A stretch of DNA of 64,000 bases, from the NCBI GenBank assembly GCA_963806535.1, contig CAWDYC010000004.1:512001-576000 (forward strand). The letters are read 5' to 3'. Positions within the stretch are counted from its first letter, which is position 1; the number at the start of each line of letters is the position of its first letter. The notes beneath the pieces were generated by a model that saw only the letters and a program-made list of their open reading frames with translations, did not search any database and was not told where the DNA came from. Below, piece after piece: positions 1 through 10,471 of this stretch. The translations under genes and the position numbers were made by a program. This DNA comes from Candidatus Bathyarchaeota archaeon. GTDB lineage: Archaea > Thermoproteota > Bathyarchaeia > Bathyarchaeales > Bathycorpusculaceae.

Positions 1-179
1 TGCTTGGAATAGCGTATAGACTTAGAGTGATTCACTGGTATCAGCGCTTGCTCCCCAAGAAAAACGGTTTTCAAAACGCGGTTTCATTCTTTCTTCGTGA
101 AAAGGAATTAATAGCCATTTAAGAACCGAAATCTAAAAAAATGCGCTTGCATAGATTAAGAAATAAAAAGTCAGATGTC

Positions 180-548
180 TTAACTGTTCACTTTATTTAT
201 TTTGTATACTATTCTCAAGAGCAAGTAAACGGTTGCTACTCCATTTATGAGCACACTTAATCCGTTGAGAAGGGCGATAGATGCTCCAAAAAAGATTAGG
301 TTGAAGGCATTGAATGAGAAAGCGTAAATCAACGTAAAAGTGGCTATTGGCCAGCTCAGACATGATTGACTATATTCAAATGGGCTAACATTTAACTTTT
401 TACCAAGCTCAAGCCCGTCGAATTTCATACAATCATTGTCAATTCTTTCACTCATAAAATCTTCACTCTTTTTGCAATTTTTTGATAAATTATCCATTTG
501 AATATTCTCAAACGTTTTCATAAAAATTACGCACTTAATTTGCATCAT
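180..548 (-). CDS. hypothetical protein with C-terminal hydrophobic segments
   Basis: 122-aa ORF with two C-terminal TM-like stretches; true start uncertain; no family recognised. Confidence 0.4.
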   Translation of the reverse strand: MMQIKCVIFMKTFENIQMDNLSKNCKKSEDFMSERIDNDCMKFDGLELGKKLNVSPFEYSQSCLSWPIATFTLIYAFSFNAFNLIFFGASIALLNGLSVLINGVATVYLLLRIVYKINKVNS

Positions 549-568
549 TATTCAAGTTCATGCGATGA

Positions 569-1933
569 TTGATAGTTAGGTGTTCCAACTTTGGAACATT
601 TTGTTCCTTGAGTAGAACTAAATGTCATGTGAATATTCTGTGTTTGCATGGTGCGATGATGAGAAGAGCAATCGTTCAATTGGCAACAATTGTTTTGTTG
701 CTCTTAAGTTTAAGTCTAGTTTTGTTTCAGTTTTCAGATGCTCGATGGACTTTGTTCAGCTCGGTTTCGGGATCAGAAGTTCCAGTCGCTTGGTATTCTC
801 CAATTGAGTTGCAAACTAACATAACAGGTGAAGCAGGGTACTCGGTTTTCCAGCTTAAAGACGGAAGTTTAGCCCTGAACACGGCTAATCATTCGTGTAC
901 CTTTCTTGTGAAAATTGACTCTTCAAATCACTTATTGTGGACGAAGCCGATTCAAATTGATCAAAAAAGAACAATTCTTTCCCGTTTTTTACCTACGCTT
1001 GACGGCGGTTTTGCTTTGGCTGGAATTGTAGATAATATGTACACAATAGTAAAAACCGATTCGCAAGGCAACATTCAATGGGTCAAAACGTACAGTTCGG
1101 GAGCTCCCATAAACTATTTTATGTCTATTATTCAAACCCGAGACGGCGGTTTCGCGATTGCTGGGTTTGGCGAGAAAGTTGAAGAAGGCTTGGGCTGGAT
1201 CTGGTCTGCCAAAACTGATTTGTCAGGAGAGATGGAGTGGAATGAGACGCTATCTGGACCCTTAGCCGATTGCCCGTCAACCATTTTTCAAACTTCTGAT
1301 GGCGGTTATGTTATATCCTGTGTGAGCTATTCATTTGATCCAAATCAGGCATTCTTTACGATTATCAAAATGAATGCTGAAGGAAACGTACTTGGGAAAA
1401 CGAGTTACGCTGGTGAGGGCTACTATTTCCAACCCGAATGCAACCTCGCAATAACCACTAGAGACGGCGGATATTTGATGGCGGGTTACCTTTGGCAAAA
1501 AAACGCTTGGATACTTAAAATTGATGCGGAAGGATATATGCAGTGGAACCAAACGTATGGTGCAAGTCGTAGTTCGATAACCGATGTTATAGAAACGCAA
1601 AACGGCGGATACCTTCTGTTGGAGATTTCAAACCTAACCAATGTGGGGATAATCAGAACCGATAATGCAGGCAATCCAATTTGGAATTTGACCCTGCCGG
1701 GAGTCACTTTGCCTGTTGGGTTAGAAGCAAACTTCAACTCATTTATCAGTGCTAAAGACGGTAGTTACATTATGGTGGGTTCGAAAAATCATTCTGTGTG
1801 GCTTGCAAAACTTGGTAATCAACATAACGGATTTGATTTGTTGCAGTTTATGTCAGTTGCGGATGTAGCCCTGGTTGCTGTGGTAATTGTGACAGCTGTA
1901 AAATCTTCTTCTTTGAAAGAAAGAAAAATTTAG
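569..1933 (+). CDS. secreted/membrane-anchored beta-propeller-like repeat protein
   Basis: N-terminal signal-like segment (start probably near MMRRAIV); repeated QTxDGGY/F...KTDxxGNxxWNxT units; C-terminal TM with basic tail. Confidence 0.7.
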   Translation: MIVRCSNFGTFCSLSRTKCHVNILCLHGAMMRRAIVQLATIVLLLLSLSLVLFQFSDARWTLFSSVSGSEVPVAWYSPIELQTNITGEAGYSVFQLKDGSLALNTANHSCTFLVKIDSSNHLLWTKPIQIDQKRTILSRFLPTLDGGFALAGIVDNMYTIVKTDSQGNIQWVKTYSSGAPINYFMSIIQTRDGGFAIAGFGEKVEEGLGWIWSAKTDLSGEMEWNETLSGPLADCPSTIFQTSDGGYVISCVSYSFDPNQAFFTIIKMNAEGNVLGKTSYAGEGYYFQPECNLAITTRDGGYLMAGYLWQKNAWILKIDAEGYMQWNQTYGASRSSITDVIETQNGGYLLLEISNLTNVGIIRTDNAGNPIWNLTLPGVTLPVGLEANFNSFISAKDGSYIMVGSKNHSVWLAKLGNQHNGFDLLQFMSVADVALVAVVIVTAVKSSSLKERKI

Positions 1934-2089
1934 GGATGTAAAAACTCCGGAATTTTTTGCAACTACCTCAATTCGTCAATAAGAAGTTGCTTTGGGTTTT
2001 GGATGGAGCATCCAACCAAACCTTTATATGATTTACGTTAAAAAGAAACCTACGCATTTCAGCCCCATAGCTGAGGGATTGAAACCTAA

Positions 2090-3224
2090 ATGAAGCCTGC
2101 AGAAAACTTAGCCAAAGAAAGCATAAGAAACCTTAAGCCATGTGTACATGGCGGAGAGGTCTTAGATGCTGCAGGCAAAAGCGGGTTTAAACGAGAAGAA
2201 ATTTTGGATTTTAGCTCAAGCGTCAATCCTCTGGGTCCATCAAAAAAAGCTCTTGAAGCAGCAAAAAAAGCATTCAGCCAAATTCCCGCTTACCCAGATT
2301 CAAATTCTAACGAGTTACGGCAAGCTATCGCCAGCCACTTCAACGGATTAGCCAAAGACAACGTTATTGTCGGAAACGGCTCAACAGAACTTATGTATTT
2401 ATTCGCTGAAACATTTCTAAATAAAGGCGACAAAGTCATTATTCCTGCACCAACATTTGGCGAATACGAAGGTGCAGTTAAAAAAGCAGGCGAAACACCC
2501 AAATTTGTCAAACTAAACAGGGATTTCAATATTGAAGCATCATTTTTTTACAAGTGAAATGGCAGGGGCTAAAATTGTTTTTTTGTGCAACCCAAACAAT
2601 CCAACGAGCATGCTTATTCAACAAGACACAATCATCGGAAATAATTGAGGGCGCCATGAAGCAGAATACCCTTGTCTTTTTAGACGAGGATTTCTTGGAG
2701 TTCGTAGAAAACGAAAAAGCCCTATCAATGATTAACAAAATTCAAGAAGTATCCAAACTTGTTCATTTTGCGGTCTTTCACCAAAATTTTTGGTTTAACA
2801 GGTTTACGTATCGGCTATGGAATTGCCTCTCCCGAAATCATCAGTCTCTTGTCATGCGCCAAGATTCCTTGGAATGTTAATTGTTTAGCACAGGCTGCCG
2901 CAGTTGCTGCGTTGAAAGATGAAGAACATATGCAGATAACAAGGGATCTTATAAAAAAAGAGAAAGCACACTTACTAAGCGAATTAAACAAAATTCAGTT
3001 CGTTCAAGATTTTTCCCGCAGACGCAAACTTTTTCTTTATTGACATCCGAAAATCTGGCTTAACAGCAGCTGAGTTAACAAGTAAACTTTTGAGTCAGGG
3101 CATTTTAATTCGGGATTGCACCTCTTTTAGAGGAGTTGACGAATATTTTGTTCGCGTAGCGGTTAAAACTCGGGTGGAGAATGAGCGTTTGATTGAAGTT
3201 TTGAAGCGGATAGTGAAGAATTAA
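2090..3224 (+). CDS. cobD: threonine-phosphate decarboxylase CobD / HisC-like PLP enzyme (frameshifted in assembly)
   Basis: HGG...LDFSSSVNPLGP, YPD, GNGSTEL, CNPNNP, LRSFTKIFGLTGLRIGY and LIRDC motifs spread over several frames; directly upstream of cbiB. Confidence 0.8.
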
Positions 3225-3243
3225 CGCGGTTTGATATTGACTT

Positions 3244-4221
3244 ATGTTTGCTTTTGATTTCTCCTGGTTTATTGATTCTGCCCTGATTTTTCTCATTGCC
3301 TTCCTAATAGACGCAATCTTCGGCGAATACCCTGACAGAATTCATCCAACAATTGGAATAGGCAAAATAATTTCTTACCTAAAACCCAAACTAAAAAGCC
3401 CAAACCCCAGAATTGAAAAAGCAAACGGCGTACTCTTAGCCATAGTCGTAATGCTAATTGCGGCGCTTCCCGTGTTTGTGCTGCTTTTCTGGCTTAGGCA
3501 ATCCTTTGGACTTTATGGACAAATAGCTTACATTATTGTTGGTGCAGTTTTGTTCAAAGCCACTTTCGCAGTAACAGGCATGGGGCACTACACTAAACCG
3601 ATTGCTTCAGCTCTGAAAAATAACGATTTAGCAGAAGCCCGCAAATGGCTACCCTTCATCGTTAGACGAGATCCAAACACACTAAATGAAAGACAAATTA
3701 TTTCAGCAGCCGTCGAATCGATTGCTGAAAGCACAACAGACGGCGTAACCGCACCTTTCTTCTTCTTTGCAATATTCGGTGTTCCAGGCGCATTTGCTTA
3801 CCGCGTAATTAACACGTTGGATTCTATGGTTGGCTACAAAAACGTTGAAAACAAAAACATCGGTTGGTTCAGCGCAAAACTTGACACCATAACCAACTAT
3901 ATCCCTGCCCGACTAACAGCTTACCTGATGGTTGCCGCATCATTTCTTTTGAGGGAAAACTGGCGTGAATCATGGCGCATTCTGCAAAGAGACAAGAACA
4001 AAACTGTCAGCATTAATGCCGGCTGGACAATTTCCGCTATGGCTGGTGCATTGGATACTCAATTGGAAAAACAAGGTTGCTACACTTTAGGCGACGACCA
4101 CGGAATTTCGCCTGACCACATTAATAGGGCTTTGCGAGTGATGACCTTGACCGCTGTACTGTTTGGTGTAGTGGTTGTTTTGCCTGTTTTGGCCTTAAGA
4201 GTTTACGTTGTTGGAATTTAG
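3244..4221 (+). CDS. cbiB: adenosylcobinamide-phosphate synthase CbiB
   Basis: GEYPDRIHP, VRRD, AAVESIAESTTDG, YRVINTLDSMVGYK, PARL, NAGW..SAMAGAL motifs. Confidence 0.92.
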   Translation: MFAFDFSWFIDSALIFLIAFLIDAIFGEYPDRIHPTIGIGKIISYLKPKLKSPNPRIEKANGVLLAIVVMLIAALPVFVLLFWLRQSFGLYGQIAYIIVGAVLFKATFAVTGMGHYTKPIASALKNNDLAEARKWLPFIVRRDPNTLNERQIISAAVESIAESTTDGVTAPFFFFAIFGVPGAFAYRVINTLDSMVGYKNVENKNIGWFSAKLDTITNYIPARLTAYLMVAASFLLRENWRESWRILQRDKNKTVSINAGWTISAMAGALDTQLEKQGCYTLGDDHGISPDHINRALRVMTLTAVLFGVVVVLPVLALRVYVVGI

Positions 4222-4370
4222 CGGTCGAAAACAAGTCGCTTTTTGTTTCTGTTTTTGTAAATTTGACTTGACAAATTGGCTTATTTTGGTTCTCAACAAC
4301 GTTAATATTATTTTATCCTGTAATAGCAACATGAGGAGTTCAACTTGTTGATCGCATAAATTATGACAAG

Positions 4371-4709
4371 TTGATTGGGGCGGGGTTGGGTAAAGTGCAC
4401 CTAAAATTGTATGCAATAAAAAAAGGAAAACAAAACCTCGACAGCAGCATCCAACTAGTCGTAGTAGACCTGGACAAGGGCAAATGTTACCCCTTAAACT
4501 TCGTCTGCGTTCTCCCCAGATACCTTCGCTTAGTTGAAAAACGCACCAGCAAATTTGCAAAAATCTTCGGCGCCAAAAGCCTTCGTGTCGCAAAAAATCT
4601 CTTGGTTGAAGCTAAAGATATAGAAGAAAATCCTGAAATCCAAAAAGCAATCAATAAACGCATAAGAGCCATCGAGTCACAACTTGAAAATAAAAAACAA
4701 GCAGCTTAA
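4371..4709 (+). CDS. hypothetical protein
   Basis: 112-aa basic ORF; start could be the internal GTG (VHLKLY). Confidence 0.55.
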   Translation: MIGAGLGKVHLKLYAIKKGKQNLDSSIQLVVVDLDKGKCYPLNFVCVLPRYLRLVEKRTSKFAKIFGAKSLRVAKNLLVEAKDIEENPEIQKAINKRIRAIESQLENKKQAA

Positions 4710-4796
4710 TATTATTGCTAAAATGTTTACCTTCCTTGTCTATTCTAAGCTTAAATTCAAGTCATTGAACTCATATTTTAATTAGGTTTAGGCTGC

Positions 4797-5663
4797 ATGG
4801 CTTTAGAAATTGGAATACTCTTTGCGATAACTGCGATGTTGAGTTGGGGCACAGCTGATTTCTTCGCTAAAAAAGCCATAGATAAAGTTGGATACAAAAC
4901 TTCATTGCTTCTTAATCAATTAGTGGCTTTCATCCCTCTCATTATTTTGTCGGTTATATTCTTTAAATTGCCTCCTCTGTCAGTCGAACTAGTTTTAATA
5001 ACTATTTCAGCTGGAATTTTGGGAATAATCGCCTATATTTTCCTCTATAGAGGCTTTCAGAAAGGCAATGTTTCGGTGGTTTCTCCGATTTCAGCAAGTT
5101 GGTCGGTTATAACAACGATTTTAGCAGTTTTTCTTTTTCAAGAAACACTAACGCTTCTACAAATAGTGGGCATAATCACCGTGTTCATAGGAATTTTCTT
5201 CGCTTCAACAAACTTTGCTGAACTGAAAAAAAGCATCCGGCAAGGAAGGTCAAGCGGCATTTCAGACGGCTTAATATCAATGGCTGCTTGGGGAATCACA
5301 TACACTCTCTTAAGACCAATTACCTTCGCTTTTGGACCACTCATAGCCCTTTTATTTCTCAGAATAACTGCGATTACAATTCTATTCTCCTACACCCAAA
5401 TCAGTAAAACAAAATTTTCATTTCCGACTCAGCTTATCTTTGTTTTTATTGCGCTAGCAGGACTGCTTGATCTTTTGGGGTTTGTAGCGTTCAACTTTAG
5501 CATATCGACCGCGTTTTTGTCCATAGTAGGTCCAGTTGCAGCGACGTATCCTGCGGTAACTGTGGTTCTTGCCTACCTTTTTTTAAAGGAAAAGATTGTT
5601 GGAAATCAAAAGATTGGTGTAATAGCGATTTTGGCGGGGTTAGCTCTTATTTCTTTAACATAG
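4797..5663 (+). CDS. DMT/EamA-family transporter
   Basis: ~10 TM segments in two repeats; GNVSVVSPI and LFLKEKI EamA-type motifs. Confidence 0.88.
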   Translation: MALEIGILFAITAMLSWGTADFFAKKAIDKVGYKTSLLLNQLVAFIPLIILSVIFFKLPPLSVELVLITISAGILGIIAYIFLYRGFQKGNVSVVSPISASWSVITTILAVFLFQETLTLLQIVGIITVFIGIFFASTNFAELKKSIRQGRSSGISDGLISMAAWGITYTLLRPITFAFGPLIALLFLRITAITILFSYTQISKTKFSFPTQLIFVFIALAGLLDLLGFVAFNFSISTAFLSIVGPVAATYPAVTVVLAYLFLKEKIVGNQKIGVIAILAGLALISLT

Positions 5664-5751
5664 AATAATCCAATAAAAACTGGGAATTTTTTTTGTTATA
5701 TCCCTATAACAGTCACACATTCTTAATTGCATCCTATCCAATTAATAAGCT

Positions 5752-6003
5752 GTGAGCCAAATGGCCGTCAGCGTAAGGCTAGGAATTTTATCGCATATAA
5801 TGCGTTTCTGCGAAACTTCAAAAGACAAGAACAGAATTATGCAAAAAGTAGGTTTGAACGATGTATTAGCAGAATCCTACCTGATAATTCTAACACGTCA
5901 AAGTATGCTAACCCAAAACAATGGAAAATACGTTCTAACTAACAAAGGACAAGGTTACCTTTCATCCTACGATAGACTGCGAAAAATCGAATCTAATTTT
6001 TAG
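5752..6003 (+). CDS. small winged-helix protein (archaeal HTH_45-like)
   Basis: KNRIMQKVGLN...YL..L...L...YVLTNKGQGYL pattern. Confidence 0.7.
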   Translation: MSQMAVSVRLGILSHIMRFCETSKDKNRIMQKVGLNDVLAESYLIILTRQSMLTQNNGKYVLTNKGQGYLSSYDRLRKIESNF

Positions 6004-6012
6004 ATGAATCGT

Positions 6013-7236
6013 TTACTTTTTTGAGGAAGATAGGAGAAGCGAAATTAGGTAATCATTTGTTACCAGACCAAAACAGCCTTTTTTTGCAGATTCCTCATCA
6101 AACTTCTTAACTCCGTCAGCTTTCAAAGATGGCGATTTAATTGCGAAGGGCACTGGGTCTCTTGTATGTGTTCCTACACTGATGGGTGTAGGGTGATCAG
6201 GCGAAATTGCTATTGTGTATGGTTCTTTTATTCCGTCAAGAATTCTGCCAATCAGCCTCTTATCTAAATCCTCAATTGCCTTCACTTTTAAGCGTAGTCT
6301 CTGCAATGTCCAGCTTCATCTGGTGCTTCCACGTGAACAAAAACTAAGTCATTATTCTTAAGGGCGTTTAACGCGGCATCTGCTTTGCCCTCATAATTGG
6401 TGTTGCTCAACCCAGTTGCTCCTGGAACATTAATGATTTCCATACCTGCATAAATGCCGATTCCTTTTACTAAATCAACAGCAGAAATAACTGCTCCTTT
6501 AAGACCAAACTTTTCCTTCAACGTAGGCATTGCAGGTTTTTTTCCTCCACCCCACGGCCAAATTAGATTGCCCGGATTCTTGCCTGCTTTGACCCGTGCA
6601 ACATTAACTGGGTGAGTTCGAAGAATTCCGCTTGAACGCGAAATTAGCTCTCTTAGCAACCGTGCTGTTTTTTCTGCTTCTGCGGATTTGGCTATTGGCA
6701 TCACTTCTTCAACAACGTACTCCGATTGCATCATGCGGCGGAGTGCATACAATAAGTTCCGGTTTGGGGACGTTGCGCAGAATCAAAAAATGTCTGTAAT
6801 CAAGCCCTGAGTAGAATTCAATTTTGCCCAGTTTACCAAAAGCTTTGTTTATTGAAGCTATTAGTTTGCTTGATTCTTCAGTTGTGATGTGGCCGGCAGA
6901 ATAATCAACGATAAATCCGTCTTTCTCAGTTATCAGATTGCATCTGTAAGCAGCATCGTTCGGTCCAAGTCTTATGCCTCTGGAAGGTGCTTCAAGTGGG
7001 CCTCTGCCAGTGCAGTATATTCTTGGGTCGTAACCTAAAAGTGAACAAATAGCCGTTTCTGAACCTGGAGTTGATTCGTCAGGAACAGTTTTGATAAGTC
7101 CGCTTCTGCCCTGGGCTGCTATTGAATCCATGTTTGGTTTGTTTGCTGCTTGAAGCGGCGTTTTATTTCCCAATTCAGGAATAGGATAATCAGACATTCC
7201 ATCTCCAACAACGAATATGTACTTCATTAAGTTCAA
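6013..7236 (-). CDS. apgM: cofactor-independent phosphoglycerate mutase, archaeal type (frameshifted in assembly)
   Basis: GDGMSD, KTPLQAA, GRGPLEA, SAVDLVKGIG, HVEAPDEAGH and PDHPTP motifs across three ORFs. Confidence 0.9.
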
Positions 7237-7443
7237 CTCAAAGTTAATTTTTCGTTAGGTATGGCTTAAACCGACGCTTGGTTTACTATTAATTCACAAA
7301 CATATCGTAATGGTGTATTTATTTACTTACTCATTAAAATTCAAACGCATAATGTTTATTTGCTATTGAAGTATGATTATGTTTACTGATAATAAGTGAA
7401 CTGACATTTTTAAAATAGCTTTTACAGAAAAGGACCGATTTTT

Positions 7444-8040
7444 TTGGAAGAAAGCGAATATATTCTTCATATAAACTTTAAAGAAATTAAAGCAGAAATC
7501 GATAGCTTCATGAAAGCAGATAAAAAATTGGCAGAAGAGATTACGGCTTTTATCGTTTGCCTAAAAGAGACGAGCGAAAGAATTGAGCGCACTCTAACTA
7601 AGGAAACTAACAATGAACGGGAACTTTGGGAAGAATATAAGAAGCTTCAAAGAGAAAAACTTGCCGTTTTAGATTTGTCTCATGAATGGGATTATATTGA
7701 CCAAAATTTAAAAGATATTAATCCAAAACTGGATTTTTTGGTTAGAGATGCAATTGAAGAGATAAGTGAGCATGTAAGTGTATTTGCGGAATCTCGGCGT
7801 GCTCACATCGATATCTTAGAAATCTATAACACCCGCAAAATCGCAATTTTAGCTCTAATCATAACAACAATAATCTCATATTTGGCAGTTTGGGAATTCT
7901 TCGTAAGAGATCTAATAGCGAACATAGTTTTTCCTAATAGGTTTAGCCCCAGCTTGAACTACTTGCTAGTGATAATTACGTTATTGCCTGTTTTTGCAAC
8001 AGTAGGATGGGCTTGGTTTAAACGAGAAATTTACTTTTAA
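7444..8040 (+). CDS. hypothetical protein, helical N-terminus with two C-terminal TM helices
   Basis: 198-aa ORF with CorA-like overall topology but no GMN motif. Confidence 0.55.
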   Translation: MEESEYILHINFKEIKAEIDSFMKADKKLAEEITAFIVCLKETSERIERTLTKETNNERELWEEYKKLQREKLAVLDLSHEWDYIDQNLKDINPKLDFLVRDAIEEISEHVSVFAESRRAHIDILEIYNTRKIAILALIITTIISYLAVWEFFVRDLIANIVFPNRFSPSLNYLLVIITLLPVFATVGWAWFKREIYF

Positions 8041-8051
8041 AAATTGTTAGC

Positions 8052-8534
8052 TTAGTTGTTGGCTTTGTCGCAATTTGGGCAAAAGGTTCCTTTTTCAATT
8101 CTTGTTCCGCAGAATTTGCAATTTATCGGTTGAAGATTCTGAGGCGCGCTATTTAGCTCCTTTTGAACTGCAATAAGGTGATCTAGTTTAGACATGGTTT
8201 GTGTGTGGCTTGCTATTAATGATTGCCGTTCATTTTGCATTCTAATTTGAAGCTCTTCTAAGTTTTTTGCAAAAGCGGCATTTGTTAATTGCCGTTCAAT
8301 CTGAAAATTCGAGATTAGTTTGTTAGAGTTTAATTTTACAAATCCAAAAACCACAACTGCTTGTCCAATAGATTGTATTACGGCCCCGAATATCAATGTG
8401 CTTTGGGCGTTTGGAGAGATTTGTGAGACTAGGCCAATCAAAGTATTCTCTTGCAAGATTATAAGTAGTCCAATAACAAAGCAGGCTAGCCCTAATATTA
8501 TATAGGCTCTTGGCGGAAAAACAAAAGATTTCAT
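8052..8534 (-). CDS. membrane protein with C-terminal zinc ribbon
   Basis: two N-terminal TMs, coiled coil, CKFC-x10-CPNC. Confidence 0.7.
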   Translation of the reverse strand: MKSFVFPPRAYIILGLACFVIGLLIILQENTLIGLVSQISPNAQSTLIFGAVIQSIGQAVVVFGFVKLNSNKLISNFQIERQLTNAAFAKNLEELQIRMQNERQSLIASHTQTMSKLDHLIAVQKELNSAPQNLQPINCKFCGTRIEKGTFCPNCDKANN

Positions 8535-8788
8535 TTATCGTTTCTCCTAAATAATGTATAAACAACCGCTTGTATGCTTAAAAGAAATTGTGACTACACG
8601 TTAACAACCACAAACTCTTTTATCAGTTTAGCCCTCAGACGCCAGATCTGAGTTTAACCAAGTACACCAATTTTTGCAGTACAAGTTGCCAAGCGGTTGT
8701 GACTACCCTCATACAACAACAAAGTTATTTATTAAAAAATCGGATAGGTAATACCTCATAATAAAACAATGTAGGAGAATTTTGTAAG

Positions 8789-9124
8789 ATGCTTGAAGGT
8801 TGGGAATGGATTATCATTGGTGTCGTTGCAATCGTTATCATCATGTGGGGTCCAGCAAAGATTCCAGAGTTTGCAAAGGCATTGGGCAGAGCTAAAGGCG
8901 AATTCAGTAAGGCGCAGAAGGAATTTACTGATGCTGCAACAACTACAGTTGCTACAACAAACAACGCTTCTGTTGTTGAATATAGACCTGCACCTGCAAT
9001 TAAGTCTAAGGATGAGTTGTTGCTTGAGACCGCTCAGAAACTTGGGATACCTACTGACGGTAAAACTAGGGAGCAAATATCTGAAGAAATATCCGTTAAG
9101 GTAAAATTGCTAGGTGCCAGCTAA
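8789..9124 (+). CDS. tatA: twin-arginine translocase TatA
   Basis: EWIII...WGPAKIPEFAKALGRAKGEF. Confidence 0.92.
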   Translation: MLEGWEWIIIGVVAIVIIMWGPAKIPEFAKALGRAKGEFSKAQKEFTDAATTTVATTNNASVVEYRPAPAIKSKDELLLETAQKLGIPTDGKTREQISEEISVKVKLLGAS

Positions 9125-9362
9125 GCCCTTAATAGCCTTTTTTTCTCTCTCGAAAGTGGGTCAAAAAAGTTAATCGATTGTTTAGAGTGAACTGTGGAAT
9201 TGACGCTTGGATTGAACGGGAGTTACTTAATTTCAAAAGTAATTGATGTAACCGTTTGTTGCAAAGGCTTTCAATTAACTGCTAATAATTTAGCAAAACT
9301 TCGAATTGACAGTGAACATTCTGATTGCCGTCTTTGTTTGAAGAAGTAGGACCGGAATAGTT

Positions 9363-10289
9363 ATGAGCGATGAATCTTCGTCACCATTCAAGGGCTGGGC
9401 TACTAGCTTCTGGGAGCATATGGATGAGCTAGTACGCCGCTTCAAAATAGTGCTGGTTGCTCTTATTGTTGCAACCATAGTTGGATGGTTGCCTACTAAT
9501 ATTGCTGGTTTAACCAACCCTTTAGGCGGTTACCAGCCCCTTCTTTCACTAGTAATGCTTCATATAAAAGCTGTTTTTCTTCCAACTCAAGCAACCTTAA
9601 TTGCTGGCGGATTAGGAGATACCGTCTTCGTCATGGCTTACCTATCCATAGTAATAGGTCTGCTCTTGGCTTCTCCAGTAATATTTTACGAAGTTGTTGC
9701 CTTTATCAAACCTGCTCTGTATGAAAATGAAAAGAAAGTTCTCGGATACTACTTGGGATCCTTTATCGGTCTTTTAATTTTAGGAGCCGCTATGGCATAT
9801 TTCCTCATAATTCCCATATCTTTTAGAATATTAGTTTATTTTACAATGCAAGGTGGCGCGGTTCCCTTCATTTTTATTAAGGATTTCTACAGCTGGATTT
9901 TTACTCTTTTTGTAATTTGCGGAGTTTTCTATACAATTCCAGTATTCCTTACAATGCTAGTTCACATAGGAGTTTTACCTATAAGATATTTGAAAGGCAA
10001 AAACAAGATTATCGCTTATGTTATAATTCTTATGGTGTTTTGGATTTTTGGACCTGACCCTACTCCTATTACAGGATTAATTATGTTGGCGCCTTTTGTG
10101 TTTGTATTTGAAACAGCAACGTACTTTGCGCGACGAATTGACAGAACACGCAAAAGAAGAAAAGCGGAAGCTGGCGGTACATCGCTTGTATTTCAGCCGA
10201 GTTTTTCTAAATCTGCTTGTAAATTCTGTAACTACCCGGTTGATCATGGAGTAGTATTTTGTCCCGGATGTAACCGATCAATGAAGTAA
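9363..10289 (+). CDS. tatC: twin-arginine translocase TatC with C-terminal zinc-ribbon extension
   Basis: FWEHMDELVRR, FIKPALYENEKK, PDP motifs; ~6 TMs; C-terminal CKFC-x11-CPGC. Confidence 0.9.
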   Translation: MSDESSSPFKGWATSFWEHMDELVRRFKIVLVALIVATIVGWLPTNIAGLTNPLGGYQPLLSLVMLHIKAVFLPTQATLIAGGLGDTVFVMAYLSIVIGLLLASPVIFYEVVAFIKPALYENEKKVLGYYLGSFIGLLILGAAMAYFLIIPISFRILVYFTMQGGAVPFIFIKDFYSWIFTLFVICGVFYTIPVFLTMLVHIGVLPIRYLKGKNKIIAYVIILMVFWIFGPDPTPITGLIMLAPFVFVFETATYFARRIDRTRKRRKAEAGGTSLVFQPSFSKSACKFCNYPVDHGVVFCPGCNRSMK

Positions 10290-10471
10290 TTTTGATCTTA
10301 CCTGTAACTATAGAACTGCAAACTAGGGCAAAGAAGGCTATTCATACATGCGTTGAGCGCGTTAAATGCCATTGAAGAAAAATAGCAAAAGTAGCGACTG
10401 TTCCATGCGTTAGGTAGTAAATGTTTACTTTTTGCAAAACTTTTTTAAAATGATTAAGAAGGTGAAACGTG

